37,373 nucleotides of DNA from a bacterium (GTDB lineage Bacteria > Desulfobacterota > DSWW01), in assembly GCA_040756235.1 (NCBI GenBank), contig JBFLZG010000027.1:1-37373 (forward strand). The letters run 5' to 3'. Every line of letters begins with the position of its first letter. The stretch's first letter is position 1. The translations under genes were made by a program, and so were the position numbers. The notes below the pieces were generated by a model that saw nothing but the letters and a program-made list of their open reading frames with translations, searched no databases and had not been told where the DNA came from. Shown piece after piece: positions 29,590-37,373 of this stretch.

Positions 29590-30123
29590 GTGGCGGGTGC
29601 ACCGCCCTCGAGGCGACCCGGGCTGGTTGCTCTTCTCCTTTGTCTCTTGATGACGGCCTGTGCGCTGGGCGCGGCCGGTTGCGCCGGAAGAGCGCCCGGC
29701 CGCGAGGAGGCCCCGCCGGACGCCGTGGCTCGCGACAGGCAATTTGTGGTGGACAGGGCCCCGGAGGACGCTGCCCCCCAGCGCGTGGCATCCTTCGGGT
29801 CGGCCGCAGCCGGGCACGCGGCCCTGCAGAAGGGCGATCTCTACGGAGCAGAGGACCTTCTGGAGCGTGCGGTCGCGCTGGATCCGGGAAATCCCTTCAG
29901 CTATTTCTATCTGGCCGAAGTCCGCTACCGGCAGGGCGAAGCGAAGCAGGCGCTCGTTCTGCTGGATCAGTCCGAGCTTCGCTTCCACGGACACCCGTAC
30001 TGGCTCGGTGAAGTCTATGCGCTGAAAGCGCTCTGCTGGGAGAAGCTCGGGTCGGCGGAGAAGTCGAAGGCGGCATACGAGAAGGCTCTCGAATACAATC
30101 CTTCGAACCGGGAAACCCGCTAG
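29590..30123 (+). CDS. TPR lipoprotein, LpoP-like
   Basis: Hydrophobic stretch plus AAGC lipobox; TPR GDLYGAEDLLERAVALDP.NP..YF.LAEVRYRQG; start uncertain (GTG 29590). Confidence 0.7.
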   Translation: MAGAPPSRRPGLVALLLCLLMTACALGAAGCAGRAPGREEAPPDAVARDRQFVVDRAPEDAAPQRVASFGSAAAGHAALQKGDLYGAEDLLERAVALDPGNPFSYFYLAEVRYRQGEAKQALVLLDQSELRFHGHPYWLGEVYALKALCWEKLGSAEKSKAAYEKALEYNPSNRETR

Positions 30124-30175
30124 CGTCTGGAGCGCTTGGAGACAGGAGAGGAGGCCGGATGAGGGGGGCAGGATC

Positions 30176-31774
30176 ATGAAAGGGGTCGAGAGGGTCCGGG
30201 ACGGAATGAGCATGGCTCAGGCCGTGCGGCAGGCTTACGGGCGCGGCGAAGAGGATGAGCTGATGGAGCCTCTCGTGGCGGTCGATCCGCAAGGAGAGCC
30301 GTACGGGAGGGTCCGGCAGGGGGACAGCGTGATCTTTCACAACATCCGGGGAGAACGGGAGTCGGAGCTGACCCGTGCGCTCGCGGATCCGCAGTTCCCG
30401 CACTTCCTCAGGCCTGCCAGCCTTCCCGGCCGCATGGCCACAATGATCGAATACGAGCGCGGCCTGCCCGTGCGTGTGGCGTTCCCGCCGATCGCGCGGG
30501 TCGAGAACACGCTGGGCGAGGTGCTCGCCCGTCACGGCGTCCGGCAGGCACGGGTGGTCGAGTCGGAGAAAGCCATTCACGTGACCTTCTTCCTGAACGG
30601 GAAATCCGAAGAGCCCTGTCCTCTGGAGGACCGCTTCATCATCCCGTCGGACCGGTCGGTGCGGAACTTCGACGAGCTGCCGGAAATGAGCGTCTCCCAG
30701 GTGGCCGAGGTCCTGAAGGCCAGGCTGCGGGAAGAGCGCTACGGGTTCGTGCTGGGCAACTTCGCCAACGTGGACGTCGTGGGGCACATGGAAAACGAGG
30801 AGGCGGTGCGGCGCGCTGTCCGTGCCGTGGACACCCACACCGGAGCGGTGGTCGAAGAGGCCTGCCGGCTGGGTTACGTCACGCTGATCACCGCGGATCA
30901 CGGCACCGTGGAGAAGCGGCTCTACCCGGACGGCGCCGTGGACACGGGCCACAGCGACAGCCCGGTCCCTTTCATCGTGGTGCCCCCCGCCGGGTCCGGC
31001 GAGGTCAAGGTCCGCTCCGGCGGCTCGCTCGTCGACGTGGCTCCCACCGTGCTCCGGATCCTGGGCCTGCCGCAGCCCGAGCAGATGACCGGGAGCAGCC
31101 TGGTCGAGGGCGGCTCAATCCTGCCTGAAGGGTCCGGCCGGCTCGGCTCCGGATGTCCTCCCGTCTTCCTCCTGATCCTGGACGGGTGGGGCCAGCTCGA
31201 TCGGGTCGAGGGGAACCTCATCGCTCAGACCCCTACGCCGGTCATGGACCGCCTGCTGCGGACCTGCCCGTGGACCCGGCTCGAAGCGGCCGGTCCGGCG
31301 GTCGGCATGCCGAAGGGAAGCGTCGGGAACTCCGAGTGCGGCCATCTGCACATCGGCGCCGGCCGGATCGTGCCTGCGGACCGCGTGCGCATCGATCAGG
31401 CCATCCGGACCGGCGAGTTCTTCGACAATCCCGCCTTGCGGTGGGCCATGGAGCCGGCCCGCGCGGACGGGTGCGCGCTGCACCTGCTCGGCATCGTCTC
31501 CTTCTACAGCTCGCACGGTCCTTTGGATTACCTGTTGGCCCTGATGGAGATGGCCAAACGAGAAAGCGTCCGCGAGGTCTTCGTCCATGGCCTGCTGGGC
31601 AGAAGAGGGGAGAAGCCCGAAAGCGGTGCCATCTACGTCGATAAGGTGGAGAAGAAGGCGTGCGAGCTCGGGCTCGGCCGGGTGGTGACGGTCATGGGCC
31701 GCTACTGGGCCATGGACCGCGAGGATAACTGGGACCGGATCGAGAAGGCCTACCGCGCGCTGGTAGCCGGCTGA
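30176..31774 (+). CDS. gpmI: 2,3-BPG-independent phosphoglycerate mutase family protein, circularly permuted
   Basis: All iPGM motifs are present but the canonical C-terminal part (ESEK..HVTFF, NVDVVGH, TADHG, DVAPT) precedes the canonical N-terminal part (LILDGWG, GNSECGH, GRYWAMDRE). Confidence 0.88.
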   Translation: MKGVERVRDGMSMAQAVRQAYGRGEEDELMEPLVAVDPQGEPYGRVRQGDSVIFHNIRGERESELTRALADPQFPHFLRPASLPGRMATMIEYERGLPVRVAFPPIARVENTLGEVLARHGVRQARVVESEKAIHVTFFLNGKSEEPCPLEDRFIIPSDRSVRNFDELPEMSVSQVAEVLKARLREERYGFVLGNFANVDVVGHMENEEAVRRAVRAVDTHTGAVVEEACRLGYVTLITADHGTVEKRLYPDGAVDTGHSDSPVPFIVVPPAGSGEVKVRSGGSLVDVAPTVLRILGLPQPEQMTGSSLVEGGSILPEGSGRLGSGCPPVFLLILDGWGQLDRVEGNLIAQTPTPVMDRLLRTCPWTRLEAAGPAVGMPKGSVGNSECGHLHIGAGRIVPADRVRIDQAIRTGEFFDNPALRWAMEPARADGCALHLLGIVSFYSSHGPLDYLLALMEMAKRESVREVFVHGLLGRRGEKPESGAIYVDKVEKKACELGLGRVVTVMGRYWAMDREDNWDRIEKAYRALVAG

Positions 31775-31792
31775 GTCGAACCGTCTTATCTT

Positions 31793-31918
31793 CGTCATCC
31801 CGGCCCATGTGCGAAGCGCGTGGGAGCCGGGATCCAGAAGGCGGCATCAAGAACGGGGAGCAGGGACTGGATTCCGGCCCCTGCCCCGGACTCTGATCCG
31901 GGGTTCGCCGGAATGACG
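31793..31918. repeat. CGTC-type REP doublet (palindromic repeat)
   Basis: Ends cgtcatcccggc and gccggaatgacg; inner gccgggatccag and ctggattccggc; nested ccccgga...tccgggg hairpin. Confidence 0.75.
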
Positions 31919-31950
31919 GAAAAGACAACGGCAAAGGCTCCACCAGCGTT

Positions 31951-32006
31951 GTAGGGGCGCTGCTCGCTGCGCCCGCGAGCTCGGGCAGGGCAAGCCCTGC
32001 CCCCAA
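31951..32006. repeat. REPIN downstream of the RAYT gene
   Basis: gtaggggcgctgctcgctgcgccc...gggcagggcaagccctgcccc. Confidence 0.85.
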
Positions 32007-32036
32007 AAGAGCCCGCAGGAACCGCGACGTACGCGT

Positions 32037-32591
32037 TCAAACCTCCCAGGGCTCGGCCTTTCTGTTTGAGCTTGCCCCTGTACGGGTAGGGTTTTCGGGA
32101 TCGGAATTCCATCGCAGCGGATTGTCGGCAACGTACTCCCGGATGCGCTGCAGCGCATCCTCATGGCGGATGATGTGTTCGAAATACCCTCGTTGCCACA
32201 GAGGGCCCGTTCGTCCCAGGAAACGATTGGTGCGAATCGCGGATATGGACTTGAACGCCCGCACTACATCGGCAAATGTAGGGGGGCTGCTTGCTGCGCC
32301 CGCGAGCTCGGGCAGGGCAAGCCCTGCCCCTACAAGAGTGACGACGCCGTGTACGTGGTTGGGCATGAGCACGAAACAATCCAGCTCTATGCCGGAAAAT
32401 CGATCAGGTAATTCGTTCCAAACGGCTTGAACGATGCTCCCGATCCTGCTGGGGCCCATCAGGCCATCCGTCATCTCGGCCAATACGGGAGCTCTGTGCC
32501 GAATGCACACCGTTGCGAAGTACGCCCCGGCTCGACTGTAGTCATACCCCGGAAGGCGGATCGACCGTCTGGAGGGCTTGTCTGGTCCCAT
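32037..32591 (-). mobile_element. REP-associated tyrosine transposase (RAYT, Y1 HUH)
   Basis: RRSIRL.GYDYS..GAYF.T, MPNHVH, FKS, WQRGYFEHIIR, Y..DNP..W; flanked by REPs. Confidence 0.92.
32278..32333. repeat. REPIN embedded in the RAYT coding sequence
   Basis: gtagggggg...gcccctac, 56 bp, encodes VGAGLALPELAGAASSPPT. Confidence 0.88.
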
Positions 32592-32671
32592 TTCATGCAA
32601 GCTTTCCCGGTTGCCACCGGGGGCCCGCTTGCTGCGCCGGCGAGCTGGGCAGGGCAAGCATGCGATCCCAT

Positions 32672-32727
32672 GTAGGGGCGCTGCTTGCTGCGCCCGCGGG
32701 TTCGGGCAGGGCAAGCCCTGCCCCTAC
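32672..32727. repeat. REPIN upstream of the RAYT gene (degenerate extra copy at about 32619-32660)
   Basis: gtaggggcgctgcttgctgcgccc...gggcagggcaagccctgcccctac. Confidence 0.88.
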
Positions 32728-32751
32728 GGACTGCGGCCGTCTCATCATGCC

Positions 32752-33612
32752 TCACGCAGAGCCGCGCGACAACTTCGCGAGCAGGCGCTCCCTGGCCTCC
32801 TCCAGCCTCGAATAGCACGCGTAAGGCACCCGCAGGTCCCCCAGGCGGAACGTTTTCTCCAGCATCTTGCCGTGGTAGTCCGACCCGCCCGTCACGACGA
32901 GCCCGTGCTCTTCGGCAAGGGCCGCGAGCACGCGGACTTTTTCCGGATCGTGATCGTGACAGTAGACCTCGATTCCCATCACGCCCTCCCGGATGAGGGA
33001 GGTGATCAGGGCCGGGTTCCGGATCAGCCCCGGATGGGCGATGACGGAAACGCCCTTGCTCGCGTGGATCATGGCGATCGTGTCCGCGGTCGTATTCTTG
33101 AACCGTTTGACGTAGGCGGGCTGGCCCTCCCCCAGGAACCGGTCGAACGCCTCATCCATGGTTGTCACGTAGCCCTTGCGCAGCATGACTCGGGCGATGT
33201 GGGGCCTGCCGACCGAAGCGGCCTCCTCGGCCTCTCGGAACACTTCTTCCGGATCCACCGGCAGACCCAGCGCATCGAGGAGCTTGCACATTTCCGCGAT
33301 GCGCGGGGACCGCGTGGACAGTGGGCTGCTCAGGAACTCCTGAAACGCGGCGTCTTCGTAATCCACCCAATACCCCAGGATGTGTGCCTCGCCGGCCGGA
33401 TGGGTGGCGCTGATCTCGACCCCGGGGACCAGGACGATCTGCCGGGCCCGGGCCGTGCGTACCGCTTCCTGCAGGCCTGCCGTGGTGTCGTGATCGGTGA
33501 TCGAGATCACCGCCAGTCCGGCCGCATGGGCTTCGGCCACCACCTGCGAAGGGGTGAGCGTTCCGTCCGAAGCGTTGGTGTGGATATGGAGGTCGATGTT
33601 TGGCACGGTCAT
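32752..33612 (-). CDS. PHP-domain phosphoesterase (YciV/TrpH-like)
   Basis: DLHIHTNASDG, TDHD, GVEIS, HILGY, GRPHIA, AHP, GGSDYHG; AGGAG RBS. Confidence 0.92.
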   Translation of the reverse strand: MTVPNIDLHIHTNASDGTLTPSQVVAEAHAAGLAVISITDHDTTAGLQEAVRTARARQIVLVPGVEISATHPAGEAHILGYWVDYEDAAFQEFLSSPLSTRSPRIAEMCKLLDALGLPVDPEEVFREAEEAASVGRPHIARVMLRKGYVTTMDEAFDRFLGEGQPAYVKRFKNTTADTIAMIHASKGVSVIAHPGLIRNPALITSLIREGVMGIEVYCHDHDPEKVRVLAALAEEHGLVVTGGSDYHGKMLEKTFRLGDLRVPYACYSRLEEARERLLAKLSRGSA

Positions 33613-33654
33613 GCGCTCCTGCACGCTCGGAACCGGAAGAACCAAAAGGGGGAT

Positions 33655-33684
33655 ATTATACAGAACTCGGTCGAGCTCCGGCAA
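33655..33684 (-). promoter_or_regulatory. Putative sigma70 promoter of the PHP gene
   Basis: TTGCCG, 18-nt spacer, TATAAT. Confidence 0.5.
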
Positions 33685-33685
33685 A

Positions 33686-35128
33686 TCAGGCAGGCGTTGG
33701 CTCCGGGCGCAGAGGAAGCGTCACGCGGGCCACGGTCCCGCCCTCGCCTGGACAGTGCATCTCGATCCGGCCGCCGTGGCGCCTTACGATGCTGTAGGCG
33801 ATCGAAAGCCCAAGACCGGTTCCCTTGCCGATCTCCTTGGTCGTGAAGAACGGGTCGTAGATGCGGTCTCGATACTCCCTGGGGATCCCGGGCCCCGTGT
33901 CCCGGATTTCCACGCAGGCCAGCGGGGAGCCGGCGCGAGGGCGCGAGAGCGAGCTGCTCACCCGGATCACCCCTCCGGCCTCGACCGCGTCGGCTGCATT
34001 GGACAGAAGCGTGAGGAAGAGCTGGTTCAGCTCGTCCGGGTCGGCCTCGATCTCCGGCACCGCGCCGTACTCCCGCACGACCTCGATGGGGTCCTTGAGC
34101 TTGCCTTCCAGCACCCAGAGGCTGCTCTCGAGAGCTTCCCGGATATCCACTTTGCGCAACACCCCCTGGCGGGAGCGCGAGCACTTCAGCAGCGCTTCCA
34201 CGATCTTGCGGATCCTCTCCGCCCCTTTGCGGGAGCCCTCGAGCGCACGGCCGAGATCTTCCAGGACGAATCCGTAATCCACGGACTGCTGCAGGCGCTT
34301 TCGGTCCTCACCGACAGCGGCCGGCAGGGGCAGCCGGTCGTCATAAGAGAGAATCTGCCGCAGACGGCCCACATAGTCTTCCACGTGGATCAGGTTTCCG
34401 TAGATGAAGCTGATCGGGTTGTTGATCTCGTGAGCGACGCCGGCCACGAGCCGGCCAATCGAGGCGAGCTTCTCGGCGTGCAGCACCTGGTTCTGAGCTT
34501 CCACCAGATTCCGGTAGGCCTTCTCCAGTTTCTCGTTGGCCTGCTGGAGCTGTCTCCTCAGCGACTTCTCCTTCCGGTACCGCTCCAGTTGGCGGTTCAG
34601 GGCCCGGATGGCAAACCCCGCAGCGGCGAACAGGATGATGATGCGCAGGCCCAGCCCCGCCGCATCGGCAGCACTGCGGGGCCCCTGCGAACCCAGGATC
34701 CCGACCGCGAGGTAGCCGGCCAAGGCCTGGAGGCTCGCCACGGCCGTCCCCTTCGCGCCGAATCGAAAGGAGGCGGCAAGCACGGTCGTGAGATAAAAAG
34801 GCAGGCACGGACTGTCCACCCCGCCGGTCCAGTAGATGACCCAAGAGGTGAGCAGACTGTCCAGGAGCAGTCCGGCGGCCGTGATCCGGGAGCATCGCGA
34901 TGCGGCGGGCGGGACCCGGCTCCGCATGAGCCACAGGGATCCGAGGGCGGACAGAGGCATCAGGGCGATCGCCGCGACGACCTTGAGGAGATGGCCTGTC
35001 ACGGCTCCGGTCCGGTATGCGGTGAACCCCAGGAGCAGATAGCTGCTGGTCACGAGGACCCGGCTCCACTGCATCTTCCGGTCCAGATCCGGCGGGTCGA
35101 GAGGCTGGGGTTCTGCGTGCGACGGCAT
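33686..35128 (-). CDS. Membrane sensor histidine kinase (NtrB-like)
   Basis: Multi-TM N-terminus, AHEINNP H-box, NA.DA, DTGPGI, DPFFTTK, GTGLGL; start uncertain. Confidence 0.9.
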   Translation of the reverse strand: MPSHAEPQPLDPPDLDRKMQWSRVLVTSSYLLLGFTAYRTGAVTGHLLKVVAAIALMPLSALGSLWLMRSRVPPAASRCSRITAAGLLLDSLLTSWVIYWTGGVDSPCLPFYLTTVLAASFRFGAKGTAVASLQALAGYLAVGILGSQGPRSAADAAGLGLRIIILFAAAGFAIRALNRQLERYRKEKSLRRQLQQANEKLEKAYRNLVEAQNQVLHAEKLASIGRLVAGVAHEINNPISFIYGNLIHVEDYVGRLRQILSYDDRLPLPAAVGEDRKRLQQSVDYGFVLEDLGRALEGSRKGAERIRKIVEALLKCSRSRQGVLRKVDIREALESSLWVLEGKLKDPIEVVREYGAVPEIEADPDELNQLFLTLLSNAADAVEAGGVIRVSSSLSRPRAGSPLACVEIRDTGPGIPREYRDRIYDPFFTTKEIGKGTGLGLSIAYSIVRRHGGRIEMHCPGEGGTVARVTLPLRPEPTPA

Positions 35129-35362
35129 CGGGGATGCCGCAAATGGATCGGCTCCTTCGTGCATGCCGGGCAGCACAGCAAGAAGCATTCCAGCGCTCGG
35201 TCAGGGATCCCCTCCCTTGAAAGAGGGTATCGAAGAACGCCTCCCCAGGCTCGTGAGAATGGGCAATGCGAGCGTCTTGCTCGAGGGGCAAGCAACCCAC
35301 CTCGCGTCCTTTCTTTGCCCCCCCTTTGCGAAAGGGGGGTAAGAGCCGAACCCCCTCTGTGT

Positions 35363-35398
35363 GCACGGCCGGCCACACGGCCGTGTGGCCGGCCGTGC
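35363..35398. repeat. Perfect 36-bp palindrome
   Basis: gcacggccggccacacggccgtgtggccggccgtgc equals its own reverse complement. Confidence 0.95.
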
Positions 35399-35463
35399 CG
35401 CCGGACAAATGGCTGATGTGTGGAAGCGGCCCCGGAAAAAGATGCCCATCAGGGGCCCCTCCA

Positions 35464-35491
35464 CCGCAGGCTTTGCCGTCCCCCGTGTGTT
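35464..35491 (+). promoter_or_regulatory. Putative ECF promoter, copy 1
   Basis: CCGCAGG-cttt...-GTGTT with a 16-nt spacer; same layout at 36203-36230. Confidence 0.6.
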
Positions 35492-35540
35492 AGTATTCCC
35501 GAGAAGTCCTGAACGGGACGGCGCGGTCAGGCGACTGTCC

Positions 35541-36197
35541 ATGGCAGAGCTCCAGAGAGGACCCGCTCACGTGCATTCCGAGACCCCTGGAGGGAGCGAG
35601 CCGGAAGTCCTCTGGATGCAGAGGACGGCCGACGGGGACACGGAAGCTTTTCGGCGTCTGGTCGCACGCTACGAGAAGCAGATCCTGAACCTCGCATATC
35701 GGTACTGCGGAGATCCGCAGGCGAGTCAGGATCTGTCCCAGGAGATCTTTCTCAAGGTCTATCTGAATGCCAACCGCTGGAAGCCGAAGGCCCGGTTTTC
35801 GACCTGGCTCTTCCGGGTGGCGGTGAACCACTGCCTGAATTATCGCAGGGACCGCAAGCGGGACCCTCTGCGTGCGGCAGCCTCGGCCCGAACCGACTCT
35901 TGCCCGGGGGGGGCGCAGGAGGCCCTTCCTCTCGACGGCCGCGGCAACCCGATCGGCGCCTCCGGCCCTGCCGCGGCCGACCCGGATAGGAGAGAAGTCG
36001 ACCTGCGGGTCCGCAGGGCCGTTCTGGCCCTTCCTGCGCGCCAGAGAATGGCTCTGATCCTGCAGCGCTACCACGGGCTCTCTTACAGGGAAATCGCCGA
36101 GAGAATGGACTGCAGCCAGGGTGCGGTGGAGAGTCTGCTGGTCCGTGCGGCGGAGCACCTGCGTGCGACTCTGGCGGACCTCATCAAGGAGGAATGA
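35541..36197 (+). CDS. ECF sigma-70 factor
   Basis: GD..AF..LV, DLSQEIFLKV, FSTWLFRVA.N, LP.RQR, GLSYREIA. Confidence 0.93.
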   Translation: MAELQRGPAHVHSETPGGSEPEVLWMQRTADGDTEAFRRLVARYEKQILNLAYRYCGDPQASQDLSQEIFLKVYLNANRWKPKARFSTWLFRVAVNHCLNYRRDRKRDPLRAAASARTDSCPGGAQEALPLDGRGNPIGASGPAAADPDRREVDLRVRRAVLALPARQRMALILQRYHGLSYREIAERMDCSQGAVESLLVRAAEHLRATLADLIKEE

Positions 36198-36202
36198 GGG
36201 CC

Positions 36203-36230
36203 CCGCAGGATTTTCTGGCGGATCCGTGTT
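36203..36230 (+). promoter_or_regulatory. Putative ECF promoter, copy 2
   Basis: CCGCAGG-attt...-GTGTT with a 16-nt spacer. Confidence 0.6.
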
Positions 36231-36263
36231 GAACTTGAGCAGAGGCAAAGAGGGAGAGAGCGA

Positions 36264-36761
36264 ATGGGCTGCAAGAGGGTGCGGGATCGTCTGAAGCCCT
36301 ATGCAGACGGAGAGCTGGGCGGGAGCCGAAAGGCCGCGGTGGAGCGCCACCTGGCCGGCTGCGAGCCCTGCCGGCAGGCGCTCCGCGAGCTCGAAGGCCT
36401 GGCCTCCCTCATGGCCGCGGCAGCGGAAATCGAGCCGGCCGCCGGGTTGGCGGAGCGCGTGCTGGCCGAGGCCGGTCGATCTCACAGGAGTCGCGACAGG
36501 TCTCTGCTGCGCGCGGGAGCGCCCGCCAGGGTCTGGTACGCGTCGCCGGTCGGATGGGCGACGGCCGGCCTGTTCGTCGCCGGCGTGATGGCCGGCCACC
36601 TTCTGACGACCGGCCTGAAGCAGGAGGGGCAGCCCTCCCCGGCGCGTTCGGAAAGCTCCCGGCAGATGGTCGACCTGGAGATCTTCTCCGTGACCCCGCC
36701 CGATTCTCTGGAAGAGGTTTACTGGCAGACCCTGCCCGACCTCGGCGAGGAGGCGGCATGA
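36264..36761 (+). CDS. Zinc-binding anti-sigma factor (ZAS)
   Basis: C...R..L..Y.DGEL, HLAGCEPC (HxxxCxxC), one TM helix. Confidence 0.88.
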   Translation: MGCKRVRDRLKPYADGELGGSRKAAVERHLAGCEPCRQALRELEGLASLMAAAAEIEPAAGLAERVLAEAGRSHRSRDRSLLRAGAPARVWYASPVGWATAGLFVAGVMAGHLLTTGLKQEGQPSPARSESSRQMVDLEIFSVTPPDSLEEVYWQTLPDLGEEAA

Positions 36762-37348
36762 AAGACAAGATACTCCTGATCGTCCTCGGCTTCTCTCTCG
36801 GCTTGAACCTCTCCCTGGGGGGCTACGAGCTCTACGGGTGGGTGAAAGAGCGCAACGCGCAGGAGCAGGGGCCGGCCCTGCATCCCGTGCAGCCGGGCTC
36901 CGGCCTCCCGCCGCCGCTGCAGCGCAAGCTCGAGCGGGAAAGGAGACCGTGGATTCCCGAATTCCAGCGCATGTTCCGCGAAATGCGGGCAGCCCGGCAG
37001 GATCTGTACGCCGCTCTGCGGGAGCAGCCTCCGGACCCCGGGAAGGTGCGGGCGAGCCTGGACCGGGTGGCCGCGGTGCAGAAGGCCCACCAGAGCATGG
37101 TCGTGGAGCGGATCATGCGGGAGAGCGAATCCATGGATCCGGACGAACGCAGGGCCTACCTGGACTGGATCGGCCGGGCGCTGCACGGTCCGGGCATGGG
37201 GCCGGGCTGTGGGCCCGGGAAGGGGCGCAGGAGGCCGGAAGGTCCCGCCGGAGCGGCGCAGGCGCCCGGCGCCTCCCCGCCGCAGCATGAGCAGCCCGGA
37301 GAGCCGGCGCCTGCGGGCCCGGCAGGGCCGGCGCTTCCGGGCGAATGA
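36758..37348 (+). CDS. Periplasmic heavy-metal sensor / Spy-CpxP-like protein
   Basis: N-terminal SLGLNL hydrophobic helix, helical body with L...PPD and M.PDER; ATGA overlap with the anti-sigma gene. Confidence 0.7.
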   Translation: MKDKILLIVLGFSLGLNLSLGGYELYGWVKERNAQEQGPALHPVQPGSGLPPPLQRKLERERRPWIPEFQRMFREMRAARQDLYAALREQPPDPGKVRASLDRVAAVQKAHQSMVVERIMRESESMDPDERRAYLDWIGRALHGPGMGPGCGPGKGRRRPEGPAGAAQAPGASPPQHEQPGEPAPAGPAGPALPGE

Positions 37349-37373
37349 TCGTGGAGGGACGGCTTGCCTTGAT

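Noticed and set aside
29135..32727. CRISPR array
   Set aside because: The repeats are 51-56-bp palindromic REP-type units with irregular long spacing, and there are no cas genes

Overview
High-GC bacterial chromosomal segment, probably Desulfobacterota/deltaproteobacterial (DVU0298-like gene, tmRNA tag ANDYDYAMAA, ffh-rpsP-khpA-rimM-trmD-SPOUT-rplS-rnhB-yraN-rsmI order). The left half (minus strand) carries a PerR/Fur-fprA-HEAT oxidative-stress unit with a clear promoter and Fur box, a Ser/Thr-kinase-like gene, an HEXXH lipoprotein, CapA, a membrane-anchored Amidase_2 protein, a non-MreB actin-fold protein, tmRNA, an epimerase and the ffh/rpsP/trmD/rplS cluster. The right half carries tolQRAB-pal-cpoB-mrcB-hsp20-lon, an LpoP-like TPR lipoprotein, an iPGM, a RAYT with its REPINs, a PHP gene, an orphan histidine kinase and an ECF sigma/anti-sigma/Spy-like triad. 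The main candidates for new biology are: (1) a bacterial homologue of the haloarchaeal shape actin volactin next to a bitopic peptidoglycan amidase (possible cell-shape module); (2) a naturally circularly permuted iPGM with altered substrate-site motifs; (3) Tol-Pal, CpoB, PBP1B and an LpoP-like activator in one locus; (4) a duplicated putative ECF promoter motif and a perfect 36-bp palindrome. All family calls come from motifs recognised by eye and from memory; no searches were run.
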